A stretch of DNA of 59,008 bases, filler included, from 5 parts of 5 records of this genome joined end to end with filler, not necessarily neighbours in it; one strand, 5' to 3'. Positions 40,679 through 50,957 are shown, counted from the whole stretch's first letter. Notes: generated by a model not told the origin, from the letters alone. Numbers and translations are program-made.

Positions 40679-43192
40679 ATGACATTCATGCAACGACTAG
40701 TCGCGGCTTGCACCGTGGCATTAATCGCGCTCAGTGCGCAAGCGTTTTCGCAAGCAAATGTTCAGGTTATTCACAACGCAGCCGACCCTGCGGCCGCAGT
40801 GGTTGATATCTATGTTAACGACAGCAAACCGGAAGTTTTTGACAACTTTGCATTCCGCAGTGCTTCGCCGTTTCTGCCCCTGCCTGCCGGGGTTGACATT
40901 ATCGTAAAAATTGCAGGCCCCGAAAGTGCAGATGCAAGTGATCAGATAATTGCAACCATTAACCTGGGGCAGTTAACTGACGGTGAAAATTACGTGGTTG
41001 TAGCCAATGGCGTATTGGGTGAAAACTTTAACAATGGCGGTGATGAAAATCGCAGCATTGCGTTTAACTTATTCACATCCGGCAATGCTCGGCAACTGTC
41101 AAGCGGTGGAATGGGATTTGTTGACGTCGCCGTCTTCCACGGTGTGACCGATGCACCGGCTGTAGACGTCTACGCCGACATCACCGGTGACCCGCTGGTG
41201 AGTAATCTGGACTATGGACAATTCTCCGACTACATCACTTTGCCTGCCAGCGACGAATATGTTTTGACCGTCACGGTAGCCGGTAACAAAGACGCTGTTG
41301 TAGACCGCTTCCTGGCTCCGTTGGCAACTGCCAATCGTGCTGCGGCCGTCGTATGCGCAACTGGTTTTGCCACTCCTGGCGATGAGCCGGGCATGCCGTC
41401 CGCTGAGGACTATTCCTTTGGTTTAATGGTTCCATTTCCATTTGGTGGTCAGGTATTGCTGCCAAATGACATTGCGCGTGTACAGATTATACACAATGCT
41501 TCATTGCCCGCAGCAGCTGTGGTTGATCTTTATGTTAATGGTTTGAAGTCTGACGTACTTGATGACGTGGCATATCGCACTGCGACGCGCTTTCTTGACG
41601 TTCCTGCCGGTGTTGACGTAACGGTTACCGTTGCAGCTTCTACGAGTACGGATGTTAATGACGGCGTAATTGCTACCGTTGAGCTTGGTCAATTGGAAAC
41701 CGGCAACAGTTACGTAGCGATTGCCAACGGTATTGCGGGTGAAGGATTTAACAATCCCGATCCAGATAACCGCATGATTGGATTTAACATCTATGCACTG
41801 GCGGGTCAGGAAAGTACCGACGTAGAAAACGAAGTAGCTGTGAATGTCTTCCATGGTGCAACCGATGCACCGGCTGTGGATGTCTATGCCGACATCAATG
41901 CTGAGCCGCTGATTCCAAATCTGGACTACGGCAACGCTACCGGTTATGTAAACCTGCCGGCTGTTGAATCTGCTCTGACGGTTACTGCAGCAGGCAGCAA
42001 AGAAGTTGTTGTGGGAACATTTACTGCTCCACTGCAAATCCTGGGCGGCCAGGCAATCAATGTAGTTGCCTCCGGTTTCCTTTCTCCGCAAGATGAAGCT
42101 GTAGAAGATGATGGTACCTACGACTTTGAACTGATTGCAGTTCTGCCTGATGGCACTGTGGTAGTTCTGGAGCAAGACGCTCAAGCAGGTACGGCACAGG
42201 TACAGGTGATTCACAACTCTTCCCTGCCCGCGGCGGCAACTGTAGACATTTATGTTAACGGTGCCAAACCCGAACTGCTCAACGACTTCGCATATCGCGA
42301 TGCAACGCCATATCTGGACCTGCCTGCCGACGTTGAAATTGAAGTCGTCATCGCTGGTCCGGGCAGTACCGACGTATCTGATCAGGTGCTTGGTACATTT
42401 AACCTGGGCACCTTGACTGCAGACGCAGCCTATGTCCTGATTGCAAACGGTATCGCCGGCGAAGGCTGGAATAACGGCGGCGGTATGGAACGCAACATCG
42501 GGCTTAACCTATATCCGCTGGGCGGACGCACAGAAGCTTTGGCGGGCACGGATGTTGACCTGGCAATCTTCCACGGCGTTACCGATGCACCGGCTGTTGA
42601 CATCTACACAGATTTCTCTGCCGATATGCCAACCGTTCCAAATCTTGACTACGGCATGGCCACAGACTACATTTCGGTTCCGGCCGCTCCACTTAACACC
42701 TTTATTACCGCAGCAGGCAGTAAAGAGACCTTTGTTGGTGGTTACCGCTTTAACCTGACAGGTGCCGGCGGCGCCACGGCAGTTGTACTGGCTACAGGAT
42801 TCCTGAGCCCGGCAGACGAGCCAGGTCCTCCTCCGGCCGGTTATGAGTTTGGCCTGATTGCCGTCCTGAATGACGGAACGGTTGTAACTCCAGATGTAGT
42901 TTCGAGCGTTAGCGAAGAAGCGCGTGAAATCGCATCGGCCAGCGTGAATATCATGCCAAATCCAGTCAGCGATCGTGCCGAACTCAGTTTTGTGATGAGC
43001 GAAACTGCGGAAGTACGGATTCTGATGACGGATGCACGCGGCGCGATCGTTACTGAAATCAATTCCGGATTGCTGCCGCTTGGCCGGCACAATCTGAACC
43101 TGCCGATCCAAAGTTTGGCGAACGGTGCATATAGCGTCGTGATCATGACCGAAACCGGTGCGCAGCAGATTCAACTCAACGTTGTCCGTTAA
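40679..43192 (+). CDS. DUF4397-repeat protein with T9SS type-A CTD (paralog 2); probable start at 40679
   Basis: Collinear with 37397-39907; MTFMQRL aligns with MSFIQRL, and the 5' leaders are homologous. Confidence 0.85.
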   Translation: MTFMQRLVAACTVALIALSAQAFSQANVQVIHNAADPAAAVVDIYVNDSKPEVFDNFAFRSASPFLPLPAGVDIIVKIAGPESADASDQIIATINLGQLTDGENYVVVANGVLGENFNNGGDENRSIAFNLFTSGNARQLSSGGMGFVDVAVFHGVTDAPAVDVYADITGDPLVSNLDYGQFSDYITLPASDEYVLTVTVAGNKDAVVDRFLAPLATANRAAAVVCATGFATPGDEPGMPSAEDYSFGLMVPFPFGGQVLLPNDIARVQIIHNASLPAAAVVDLYVNGLKSDVLDDVAYRTATRFLDVPAGVDVTVTVAASTSTDVNDGVIATVELGQLETGNSYVAIANGIAGEGFNNPDPDNRMIGFNIYALAGQESTDVENEVAVNVFHGATDAPAVDVYADINAEPLIPNLDYGNATGYVNLPAVESALTVTAAGSKEVVVGTFTAPLQILGGQAINVVASGFLSPQDEAVEDDGTYDFELIAVLPDGTVVVLEQDAQAGTAQVQVIHNSSLPAAATVDIYVNGAKPELLNDFAYRDATPYLDLPADVEIEVVIAGPGSTDVSDQVLGTFNLGTLTADAAYVLIANGIAGEGWNNGGGMERNIGLNLYPLGGRTEALAGTDVDLAIFHGVTDAPAVDIYTDFSADMPTVPNLDYGMATDYISVPAAPLNTFITAAGSKETFVGGYRFNLTGAGGATAVVLATGFLSPADEPGPPPAGYEFGLIAVLNDGTVVTPDVVSSVSEEAREIASASVNIMPNPVSDRAELSFVMSETAEVRILMTDARGAIVTEINSGLLPLGRHNLNLPIQSLANGAYSVVIMTETGAQQIQLNVVR

Positions 43193-43270
43193 GCAGTCTG
43201 GAAACGCTGCAGGTTCTGGCGCCAGCGACGTCAGCCTAAGAATTTGGTACTGTGTACCTAACAATCAGCT

Positions 43271-43313
43271 AACAGGAGCCCCAGCCAATTTGGCTGGGGC
43301 TCTTCTGTTATTT
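43271..43313 (+). terminator. Intrinsic terminator after paralog 2
   Basis: 12-bp stem GAGCCCCAGCCA/TGGCTGGGGCTC followed by TTCTGTTATTT. Confidence 0.8.
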
Positions 43314-43475
43314 GATGTACGTCAAACTGTGTGGCGGACAGCCTTGACGAAGACCCGGGAATGAAAGCTGAAGACCCGGTGCAAAACAAAACCGCCTTTA
43401 AAAAGCCACACGTAGTGTGAGCGCCCCGCCAGAAACATTCCATACGCAGAAAAGCATTTGTAGCAGCGCCGGAGA

Positions 43476-43510
43476 ATATTTGGCCCGGATATTTGGCCCG
43501 ATAATTTGGC
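43476..43510. repeat. Degenerate tandem repeat, ATATTTGGCCCG(G) x ~2.8
   Basis: ATATTTGGCCCGG-ATATTTGGCCCG-ATAATTTGGC. Confidence 0.75.
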
Positions 43511-43789
43511 TAATGCGGCTGAATCGCGATCTGTATCGGTATACGCTGTGAACGGTTATTCAACAGATGTTGCGTCTGCAATTGCAGGCTTACCAAAGTC
43601 CAAAGATGGAAGGTGAGAGCCGCTCCAGACGAATGTGAGTAACGTGCTCCAATTTTTGTGGCGAGTAATCGACATGTAATTGTTTGGCAACATGATTGAA
43701 ACATTATACGGCGCGGAAAAGTCACCAGATGTGCAAAGTCCGTGGAGTTGCGGGCGAAGAAATTCGAACGGCAATTCAAGATGAGTCCT

Positions 43790-43889
43790 NNNNNNNNNNN
43801 NNNNNNNNNNNNNNNNNNNNNNNNNNNNNNNNNTTAATTAATTAANNNNNNNNNNNNNNNNNNNNNNNNNNNNNNNNNNNNNNNNNNNN
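43790..43889. other. Artificial contig-joining spacer
   Basis: Same structure; truncates lgt. Confidence 0.99.
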
Positions 43890-44381
43890 GCGGCCCCAAA
43901 GTTCGGCGTTGATGAAGTTCGCAACGCGGCCCAGCAACAGGCCGGGCGCAAGGCCTAGGCAGATCATATCGGCGGTTGCCAGTTTCGGGATGGCGTGGCG
44001 CTGGGTATAGGCAAAGCCCGCGATGATCACGCCAAGGGCGCCGCCATGAAAGGACATGCCGCCCTGCCAGACCTGAAGGATCTGGCCGGGATGGGCGAGG
44101 TAGTGTGCGGGCTGGTAAAACAGGACATATCCCAGACGGCCGCCCAGAATGACCCCAAGTATGACCCAGAACAGCATATCCTCGACCTGTTGCGGGGTCA
44201 TCGGCGGGGTGTCTTTGCGCCAAAGGCTGGTATTTCGCACAGCGCGAAGCACAATGCGCCATCCCAGCAGAATGCCGACGATATAGGCCAGCGCATACCA
44301 ACGCAGGGCAAAGGTCATGCCAAACAAAGAGACAGAAAAGATCTCGGGGGCGATATCGGGAAAGGGGATCAATGCGGTCAT
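43890..44381 (-). CDS. lgt: Prolipoprotein diacylglyceryl transferase; 3'-truncated
   Basis: [42 protein letters not shown] at 44381. Confidence 0.95.
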
Positions 44382-44477
44382 GGCGCTGATTGAGCGTGCC
44401 GCGCCGGGGAAGTCAACCTTGCGAGCGGCGGACCGAGGCCCCATATAGAGATTAACACAACGCGCCGGAGGCCAGAC

Positions 44478-44717
44478 ATGCAAACCCGTAACAAGATTTT
44501 TGACGATATCAGCCAGATGATGACCAACGCCATGGGCGTGGCGCAGGGCGCGAAAGACGAAGCCGAGACCGCCATGAAAGGCATGATGGACCGTTGGCTG
44601 GCGGATCGCGATTTTGTCACCCGCGAAGAGTTCGACGCGGTGCGGGCGATGGCCCAGAAAGCGCGCGAAGAGAACGAAGCGCTCAAGGCGCGGCTGGACG
44701 CGCTTGAGGCTAAATAG
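44478..44717 (+). CDS. ubiK: UbiK/BMFP family accessory factor
   Basis: [24 protein letters not shown] coiled coil; divergent from lgt. Confidence 0.85.
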   Translation: MQTRNKIFDDISQMMTNAMGVAQGAKDEAETAMKGMMDRWLADRDFVTREEFDAVRAMAQKAREENEALKARLDALEAK

Positions 44718-45061
44718 GCGCAATCCAAAGGCGGCGCTGCCGCGCCATTTTGATTTATTGCAAGCTGAGACTGATCACCCGGACTGCCCGCGCGGCGTCC
44801 GGGTGTTTTGTTGTTCTTGAGTTTTTCTTGCCAAATGAAGAGAAGTGCCGCGTTATTTTGATGTGCGGGCCGACTTACACACAAGATATTGGAGTTATCC
44901 CCCACGATTTGTGGTTATCCCCAGAAAAGGGGTTGCCAGATGCGCCTGCTGCCCGCACCATATCTAGTATAGGCGCTGGGTCGCCCCACGCCTTTTAGTG
45001 CAGGCATCCATGTTTGGTGGCAGAATTGCCTCTGGATCGGGATAAAAAAAGAGGTGGCGAA

Positions 45062-45562
45062 ATGGCCCTGTCCGAGCAGTACCTTGAAGAAGATATTCAC
45101 CCCATTGATATTGTTGAGCATTTGGCGGCTCATCATGAGTGGGATTTTGACCGCATTGCGGATGACCAGATTGCGATGGCTGTGGAGGGGCAGTGGCGCA
45201 CCTATTCCATCACGCTGGCCTGGTCATCCTATGATGAGACATTGCGCCTGATCTGTACCTTTGAGATGGAGCCGCCCGCCGAAAAACTGCCCAAGCTTTA
45301 TGAGCTTCTCAACAATGTGAACGATCAATGTTGGGCTGGTGCCTTTACCTATTGGGCCGAGCAGAAGTTGATGGTTTATCGCTATGGTCTGGTGCTGGCG
45401 GGGGGCAATGTTGCCTCGGCTGAGCAGATCGATACGATGATTGGTGCCGCCGTGATGAGCGCAGAGCGTTATTATCCTGCCTTGCAGCTTTTGGTCTGGG
45501 GGGACCGGACGCCGGAAGAGGCCATTCAGGTTGCCATTGCAGAGGCCTACGGGCGGGCGTAA
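45062..45562 (+). CDS. YbjN-domain protein
   Basis: HPIDIVE...VEGQWRTY...ERYYPALQ...YGRA; GAGGTGG Shine-Dalgarno before the ATG at 45062. Confidence 0.8.
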   Translation: MALSEQYLEEDIHPIDIVEHLAAHHEWDFDRIADDQIAMAVEGQWRTYSITLAWSSYDETLRLICTFEMEPPAEKLPKLYELLNNVNDQCWAGAFTYWAEQKLMVYRYGLVLAGGNVASAEQIDTMIGAAVMSAERYYPALQLLVWGDRTPEEAIQVAIAEAYGRA

Positions 45563-45594
45563 CACTTTGCCCCGGAACAACCGGGGGAAATTTC

Positions 45595-46410
45595 ATGAAA
45601 GACAGCCGAATTGCATCGGGCGGCCTTGTGTTGCTGGGATGTGGCAAGATGGGATCAGCGATGTTGGCCGGATGGCTGGCGCGCGGATTGCCGGCGACGT
45701 CGGTCTGGGTTAAGGATCCCTATCCATCTGAATGGTTGCAGGCGCAGGGCGTACATCTGAACCAACCTTTGCCAGAGACGCCGGCGGTGGTGCTGGTGGC
45801 GGTCAAACCGCAGATGATGGCGGAGGCCTTGCCCACCTTGCAGATGATGGGCAAGGGCGAGACGGTTTTTGTCAGCGTCGCCGCCGGAACCACGATATCT
45901 TATTTCGAAGAGGTGCTTGGCGCAGGCACGCCTGTTGTGCGGGCAATGCCCAACACGCCCGCTGCGATCTCGCAGGGGATCACGGCGATTGTGGCCAATC
46001 ATGCTGCGGGGGCTGCGGGCTTGGATGAGGCAGAGGCACTGTTGTCGGCGGTGGGCGCTGTTGTCCGCTTGTCGCATGAGGCGCAGATAGATGCGGTCAC
46101 CGGGGTCAGCGGATCTGGCCCGGCTTACGTGTTCCATATGATAGAGACCATGGCGGCGGCGGGTGAGGCGCAGGGGTTGCCAGCCGATCTATCAATGCAA
46201 TTGGCCAAGGCAACCGTGGCGGGGGCGGGTGCCTTGGCGATGGCGGCAGAGGAAAGCCCAACGCAGTTGCGGGTTAATGTGACCAGCCCGAATGGCACCA
46301 CGCAGGCCGCGCTTGAGGTGTTGATGGATGAAACTGACGGTTTTCCTGCCTTGCTGCGGCGGGCGGTGAAGGCGGCAACGGACAGATCAAAGGAACTGGC
46401 AAGTGGCTGA
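45595..46410 (+). CDS. proC: Pyrroline-5-carboxylate reductase
   Basis: GCGKMG, AVKPQ, RAMPNTP, SGSGPAY, VTSPNGTT. Confidence 0.96.
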   Translation: MKDSRIASGGLVLLGCGKMGSAMLAGWLARGLPATSVWVKDPYPSEWLQAQGVHLNQPLPETPAVVLVAVKPQMMAEALPTLQMMGKGETVFVSVAAGTTISYFEEVLGAGTPVVRAMPNTPAAISQGITAIVANHAAGAAGLDEAEALLSAVGAVVRLSHEAQIDAVTGVSGSGPAYVFHMIETMAAAGEAQGLPADLSMQLAKATVAGAGALAMAAEESPTQLRVNVTSPNGTTQAALEVLMDETDGFPALLRRAVKAATDRSKELASG

Positions 46411-46741
46411 GATATCGTTTGATGACTTCATGAAAGTCGATATTCGGGTGGGCACTGTGACGCGGGCCGAACCCTTTCCCGAGGCGCGCAAACCTGCGAT
46501 CAAGATGTGGATCGATTTTGGGCCGGAGATTGGCGAGCGCAAAACATCGGCGCAGATCACCGTGCATTACACGCCCGAGACATTGGTCGGGCGGCAGGTG
46601 ATGGGCGTGGTGAACTTCCCGCCCCGGCAAATCGGCCCGTTTATGTCCGAGGTGCTGGTCCTGGGAACGCCTGATGCGGAGGGGGCGATTGTGCTGTTGC
46701 AGCCGGGCCAGGATGTGCCGAACGGAGGGCGGATGCATTGA
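46403..46741 (+). CDS. csaA: CsaA/Trbp111 tRNA-binding chaperone
   Basis: FMKVDIRVG, ARKPA, SAQIT, VNFPPRQIG, SEVLVLG. Confidence 0.9.
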   Translation: MAEISFDDFMKVDIRVGTVTRAEPFPEARKPAIKMWIDFGPEIGERKTSAQITVHYTPETLVGRQVMGVVNFPPRQIGPFMSEVLVLGTPDAEGAIVLLQPGQDVPNGGRMH

Positions 46742-47688
46742 CCAAGGTGTTGATAACGCGGCCCTTGCCGGAGGCCGTTACATCGCAGTTGGGCGGTGTT
46801 GATTTGACAGTCCGAAGCGAAACATTGCCCCTAACGGCCACAGAATTGCGGGCCGCATTGTCCGAGTATGACGCGGTTTTGCCGACCTTGGGCGATGCAT
46901 TCTCGGCCGAGGTCTTTGCAGATGTGCCTGCCCCGCGTTGCCGGATTTTGGCGAACTTTGGGGTTGGATATAACCACATTGATGCAGCCGCGGCCAAGGC
47001 GGCAGGCATCACCGTGACCAACACGCCCGGCGCTGTGACCGATGCCACAGCGGATATCGCGATGACGCTGATGTTGATGTCCGCGCGGCGGGCTGGCGAG
47101 GGGGAGCGGTTTGTGCGTTCCGGCACCTGGCCGGGTTGGCATCCGACTCAGATGCTGGGCCTGCATCTGACGGGCAAGACGGTTGGGATCGTTGGTATGG
47201 GCCGGATCGGACAGGCGATTGCGCGGCGCTGTCATTATGGGTTTGGCATGGATGTGGCCTATTTCAGCCGCAGCGAAAAGACGCTGGCCTACCCGGCGCA
47301 GCAGTATTCTGATCTCAAACAGATGGCGGGGCAGGTTGATGTCTTGGTGGCCGCCGTGCCGGGCAGTGCGCAGACCTATCATCTGATTGACGGACCGGTG
47401 CTGGATGCGATGCGGCCCCATGGGCATCTGATCAACATTTCGCGGGGCGATGTCGTTGAGGAGGCGGCGTTGATCGCGGCCTTGCAAGACCGGCGTATCG
47501 GCGGTGCCGGTTTGGATGTTTATGAGTTTGAGCCAAAGGTGCCAGCGGCACTGCGGGCGTTGGACAATGTTGTGCTTCTGCCGCATCTGGGTACCTCGGC
47601 GCTTGAGGTGCGGATTGAGATGGGGCTGATGGCGGTGGACAACATCCAGGCGTTTCTGGCCGGAAAGACGCCGCCGAATATGGTTTAG
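46738..47688 (+). CDS. D-isomer-specific 2-hydroxyacid dehydrogenase (glyoxylate/hydroxypyruvate reductase type)
   Basis: NFGVGYNHID, GMGRIG, INISRG, GLDVYEFEP, LPHLG. Confidence 0.92.
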   Translation: MTKVLITRPLPEAVTSQLGGVDLTVRSETLPLTATELRAALSEYDAVLPTLGDAFSAEVFADVPAPRCRILANFGVGYNHIDAAAAKAAGITVTNTPGAVTDATADIAMTLMLMSARRAGEGERFVRSGTWPGWHPTQMLGLHLTGKTVGIVGMGRIGQAIARRCHYGFGMDVAYFSRSEKTLAYPAQQYSDLKQMAGQVDVLVAAVPGSAQTYHLIDGPVLDAMRPHGHLINISRGDVVEEAALIAALQDRRIGGAGLDVYEFEPKVPAALRALDNVVLLPHLGTSALEVRIEMGLMAVDNIQAFLAGKTPPNMV

Positions 47689-47730
47689 GGGCGGCGCTGC
47701 GCCGGATGGTCGGTGCAGCGCCAGCTGATC

Positions 47731-48933
47731 CTAGTTGACGGTCCGCCATTTGGGCAGGCGAATGATGGCCACGGTCTGCGTGGGTTCGGCACGGACCTCG
47801 AATTCGCCGCCATGCAGTTCAACCAGTTTGCGGGTCAATGGCAGGCCAAGGCCAAGCCCGCCGCCGGTGCCGCGTTTTTCAACATCGCCGCCCACGATGA
47901 AGGGTTTGTAAAGTTCGGCCAGTTCGACATGGTCATCAATGCTCCCGTTATCGGAGACGCAAATCTCGACGTTTCCGGCCGGATCATGACCACAAGAGAT
48001 CGCAATTTCGTCGCCGCCATGCAGGACGGAATTGAGCATCAGGGATGTCAGGCAAATCTTGATATGTTCTTGGTCTACGAGGATCTCGCCGTGCATATCG
48101 GATGTTGGCGTGGTGATGGTCTTGCCAACTTCGGCCACGCTGAATTGATGGTTTTGCTGCACGTCATCCAAAAGCTCAGCCATATTTGTGGATTGTTCGT
48201 TCAGCTGCAATTCACCCGTATTGATGTTGCTGAATTTCAGAATCGAATCGATCAGTGTGGACAGGTGTTCGCTGGATTTGATTGAACTGTTGGCCAGTTT
48301 CTTGCTGACCTGATCATCGAGCCGCGATTCCAGAATGCGCATGGCGCCATGGACAATTGTCAGCGGTGTGCGCAACTCATGCCCCACAAGGGTGAGAAAG
48401 GCCGACTGGCCTTGATCGCTGGGCAGGGCGGCTGGTTCTGCGGGGGCTTTTTCCAAGGCGGCGACAATAGCGCGGCCCATATCCTTGAGCACGGCCATAT
48501 CGCGTTCGCTTGGCGCGTCATGCGGGACCAGATCCAATGCACACAGGCTGCCAAAGCGATAGCCGGACGACAAAATCAACGGCACACCAGCATAGAAACG
48601 GGCCTGCGGGCCACCCTCGGCCACCATGGGGTGATCGGCAAACTTGGGGTCTTTGCTGAGATCAGGGATGATCATCGGTTGTTCGGTCATGATCGTATGT
48701 GTGCAGAACGATTGGTTCTTTGGCATCTCACCCAGCTCGATGCCGACCACAGATTTGTACCATTGCGTATCCTGTTCAACGACAGAGATATGCGCAATCG
48801 GACAACCAAACAGCTTGGCCGTGGCATCGCACAGCGCGTCAAACACTGCTTCGTTTTCGCGGGTCAGACCCGGCACATGCTGCACCGCTGCAACACGGGC
48901 TTCTTCATTGAAGGGAATTGGGTGGGTTCTCAT
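47731..48933 (-). CDS. Cytoplasmic GAF-domain histidine kinase
   Basis: GAF motifs SFCTHTI, RFYAGVPL, GSLCALD; H-box HELRTPL; G-boxes DNG and GLGLGL; probable ATG at 48933. Confidence 0.9.
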   Translation of the reverse strand: MRTHPIPFNEEARVAAVQHVPGLTRENEAVFDALCDATAKLFGCPIAHISVVEQDTQWYKSVVGIELGEMPKNQSFCTHTIMTEQPMIIPDLSKDPKFADHPMVAEGGPQARFYAGVPLILSSGYRFGSLCALDLVPHDAPSERDMAVLKDMGRAIVAALEKAPAEPAALPSDQGQSAFLTLVGHELRTPLTIVHGAMRILESRLDDQVSKKLANSSIKSSEHLSTLIDSILKFSNINTGELQLNEQSTNMAELLDDVQQNHQFSVAEVGKTITTPTSDMHGEILVDQEHIKICLTSLMLNSVLHGGDEIAISCGHDPAGNVEICVSDNGSIDDHVELAELYKPFIVGGDVEKRGTGGGLGLGLPLTRKLVELHGGEFEVRAEPTQTVAIIRLPKWRTVN

Positions 48934-49046
48934 ATCCGGCCTCAATTGTTTTGAGTTCAAATCAATATTTTTGCCAGTGTTAAGGGAACATCGGGTCAAA
49001 AATCGGGCAGGACTTCGGTAATAATTTGCTGGCAAGTTAGGATGGA

Positions 49047-49625
49047 TTAGCCTTCGACAGCTTCACGCCAGTGGCGGCGGCACAATGACACATAGGTCTC
49101 GTTTCCGCCGATCTGCACCTGAGCGCCATCTTTCAGAACCGCGCCATCTGCACCTGTGCGCACAACCATGGTCGCCTTTTTTCCGCAGTGGCAGATGGTG
49201 CGGACTTCGCGCATTTCATCGCTCAGCGCCAGCAGGGTGGCCGATCCGGGAAACAGCTCTCCGCGGAAATCCACACGAAGGCCGAAACACATGATCGGGA
49301 CCCGCAGATCGTCCACAGCGCGGGCCAGTTGCCACACCTGTTCGGGCTGCAGAAACTGTGCCTCATCAATGAACACACAGGCGCAGGGCCCGGCGTCGAT
49401 CCGATTTTCAATCTTGGCAAAGAGATCTTCGTCGGGGGCAAAGGTATCGGCCTTTTCGCCAATGCCGATCCGCGAGGCGATGCGCCCTTCGCCGGCGCGA
49501 TTGTCAAACTGGGCGGTCAAAAGATAGGGCACCATGCCCCGTTCGACATAGTTATGGGCCGCCTGAAGCAGGACCGTAGATTTGCCCGCGTTCATGGTGG
49601 AGTAGTGAAAGTACAGTTTTGCCAT
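49047..49625 (-). CDS. tdk: Thymidine kinase
   Basis: MNAGKST, IDEAQFL, GLRVDF, CHCG, SLCRRH. Confidence 0.96.
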   Translation of the reverse strand: MAKLYFHYSTMNAGKSTVLLQAAHNYVERGMVPYLLTAQFDNRAGEGRIASRIGIGEKADTFAPDEDLFAKIENRIDAGPCACVFIDEAQFLQPEQVWQLARAVDDLRVPIMCFGLRVDFRGELFPGSATLLALSDEMREVRTICHCGKKATMVVRTGADGAVLKDGAQVQIGGNETYVSLCRRHWREAVEG

Positions 49626-49832
49626 GGCCGTGTTGGTACGCCATAGGGCGGGCGGGCTTCAAGCGGCCGAGGGGTGAAAACCTGACCTTGGCTGCAATTT
49701 CCGCTGAGGCCAAAAGAAGCAGATGCCGTTTTATAAATGACAAGTCGGGGTGGTTTGAGTAAGGGGGCTACCAACGGGCCGGTTTTCTGCGACAATAAGA
49801 AACGGGCAAGCGAGTGGCGGGGAGGCTGAGAC

Positions 49833-50294
49833 ATGGCCGGTATGGGCAGTTATCTGAAGAAACACACCGAGGCGTTGGTGAAAGAAGTTGGCATTGAGCC
49901 CGCGTGCGAAGTGACCGGCAAATCCAAGGCGACGCTGGGGCGTTATTATTCCGACAACCCCGAACATGCCGACCGCTTTATGCCTATTGATGCCGTGGCG
50001 CAGTTGGAAGAGGCGGCGGGCTATCCTCATGTCACGGTCGCCTTGGCCGAGCTGCGCGGCGTTGCCTTGAACTTCGAAGACCGGCGCGCCAATTCCGAAC
50101 GTTCAGGCAATGTGAATTCGGATGTGATCGCGCTCAGCCAACGGTTCGCGCTTTTGATGGCAGAGTATCAGCAGTCCATCGAAGACGGGCAGATCTCGGT
50201 GAACGAGGCCAAGCGTTTGCTGAAAGAAACCACCCTGTTGCAGCAGGTTCTGGTGGATATGAAACTGAACCTCGAAGACGAAAGCGGCGGGTAG
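49833..50294 (+). CDS. Hypothetical protein resembling the phage CII-like regulator family
   Basis: HTH-like GKSKATLGRYYS, FMPIDAV..LE, and DGQISVNEA motif; GGAGG Shine-Dalgarno. Confidence 0.6.
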   Translation: MAGMGSYLKKHTEALVKEVGIEPACEVTGKSKATLGRYYSDNPEHADRFMPIDAVAQLEEAAGYPHVTVALAELRGVALNFEDRRANSERSGNVNSDVIALSQRFALLMAEYQQSIEDGQISVNEAKRLLKETTLLQQVLVDMKLNLEDESGG

Positions 50295-50311
50295 CGGGGC
50301 CGCGGCAGGCG

Positions 50312-50857
50312 TCAGCCGTGCCGCTGCACCACAACAGAGCCGACAGAATAGCCTGCACCAAACGAACAGATCAGCCCGGTGTCGCCGTCGTTCATATCGC
50401 CGGAATGTTTGGAAAAGGCGATGATCGATCCGGCCGATGAGGTGTTGGCGTATTCTTGCAGGATATTGGGCTGCTCGCCCGGCTCCGGCGTCCGGCCCAG
50501 AACCTTGCGGCCGATAAAATCGTTCATGGATTTGTTGGCCTGATGCAGCCACAACCGTTTGAGATCGTTGGCATTCACACCCTCTTCGGCCATATGCCCT
50601 GCGATATGTTCGGCCACCAGCGGCAGCACCTCTTTGAACACCTTACGACCGTTCTGCATGAACTGCATATCGCGGCGATCCTTGACCCCATCCGGGCGCG
50701 AGCGACGCAAAAAGCCGTTATTGTTGCGGATGTTGTTGGAAAAGTCCGTGGCGCAACGGGTTGATTTGATTTCGAAATAAGGGCCGGTTGCCGCTTCTTC
50801 GCGCTCAATCAATGTGGCGGTGGCCACATCGCCAAAGATGAAATGGCAATCACGGTC
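50312..50857 (-). CDS. Beta-ketoacyl-ACP synthase III (FabH-like), C-terminal part; 5'-truncated
   Basis: FIFGDVATA, GRKVFKEV, WLHQAN, YANTSSAGS, FGAGYS. Confidence 0.92.
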   Translation of the reverse strand, partial: DRDCHFIFGDVATATLIEREEAATGPYFEIKSTRCATDFSNNIRNNNGFLRRSRPDGVKDRRDMQFMQNGRKVFKEVLPLVAEHIAGHMAEEGVNANDLKRLWLHQANKSMNDFIGRKVLGRTPEPGEQPNILQEYANTSSAGSIIAFSKHSGDMNDGDTGLICSFGAGYSVGSVVVQRHG

Positions 50858-50957
50858 NNNNNNNNNNNNNNNNNNNNNNNNNNNNNNNNNNNNNNNNNNN
50901 NTTAATTAATTAANNNNNNNNNNNNNNNNNNNNNNNNNNNNNNNNNNNNNNNNNNNN
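50858..50957. other. Artificial contig-joining spacer
   Basis: Same structure; truncates the KAS III gene. Confidence 0.99.

Noticed and set aside
44382-44723. N-terminal extension of the lgt ORF to 293 aa
   Set aside because: It overlaps the ubiK-like gene on the opposite strand; Lgt similarity begins at the ATG at 44381.
19616-50957. Four identical TTAATTAATTAA motifs within N runs, and apparent gene neighbourhoods across them
   Set aside because: These are artificial linkers. The contigs differ in composition and likely taxonomy, so no cross-spacer synteny or HGT inference is valid, and ORF ends containing X are artefacts.
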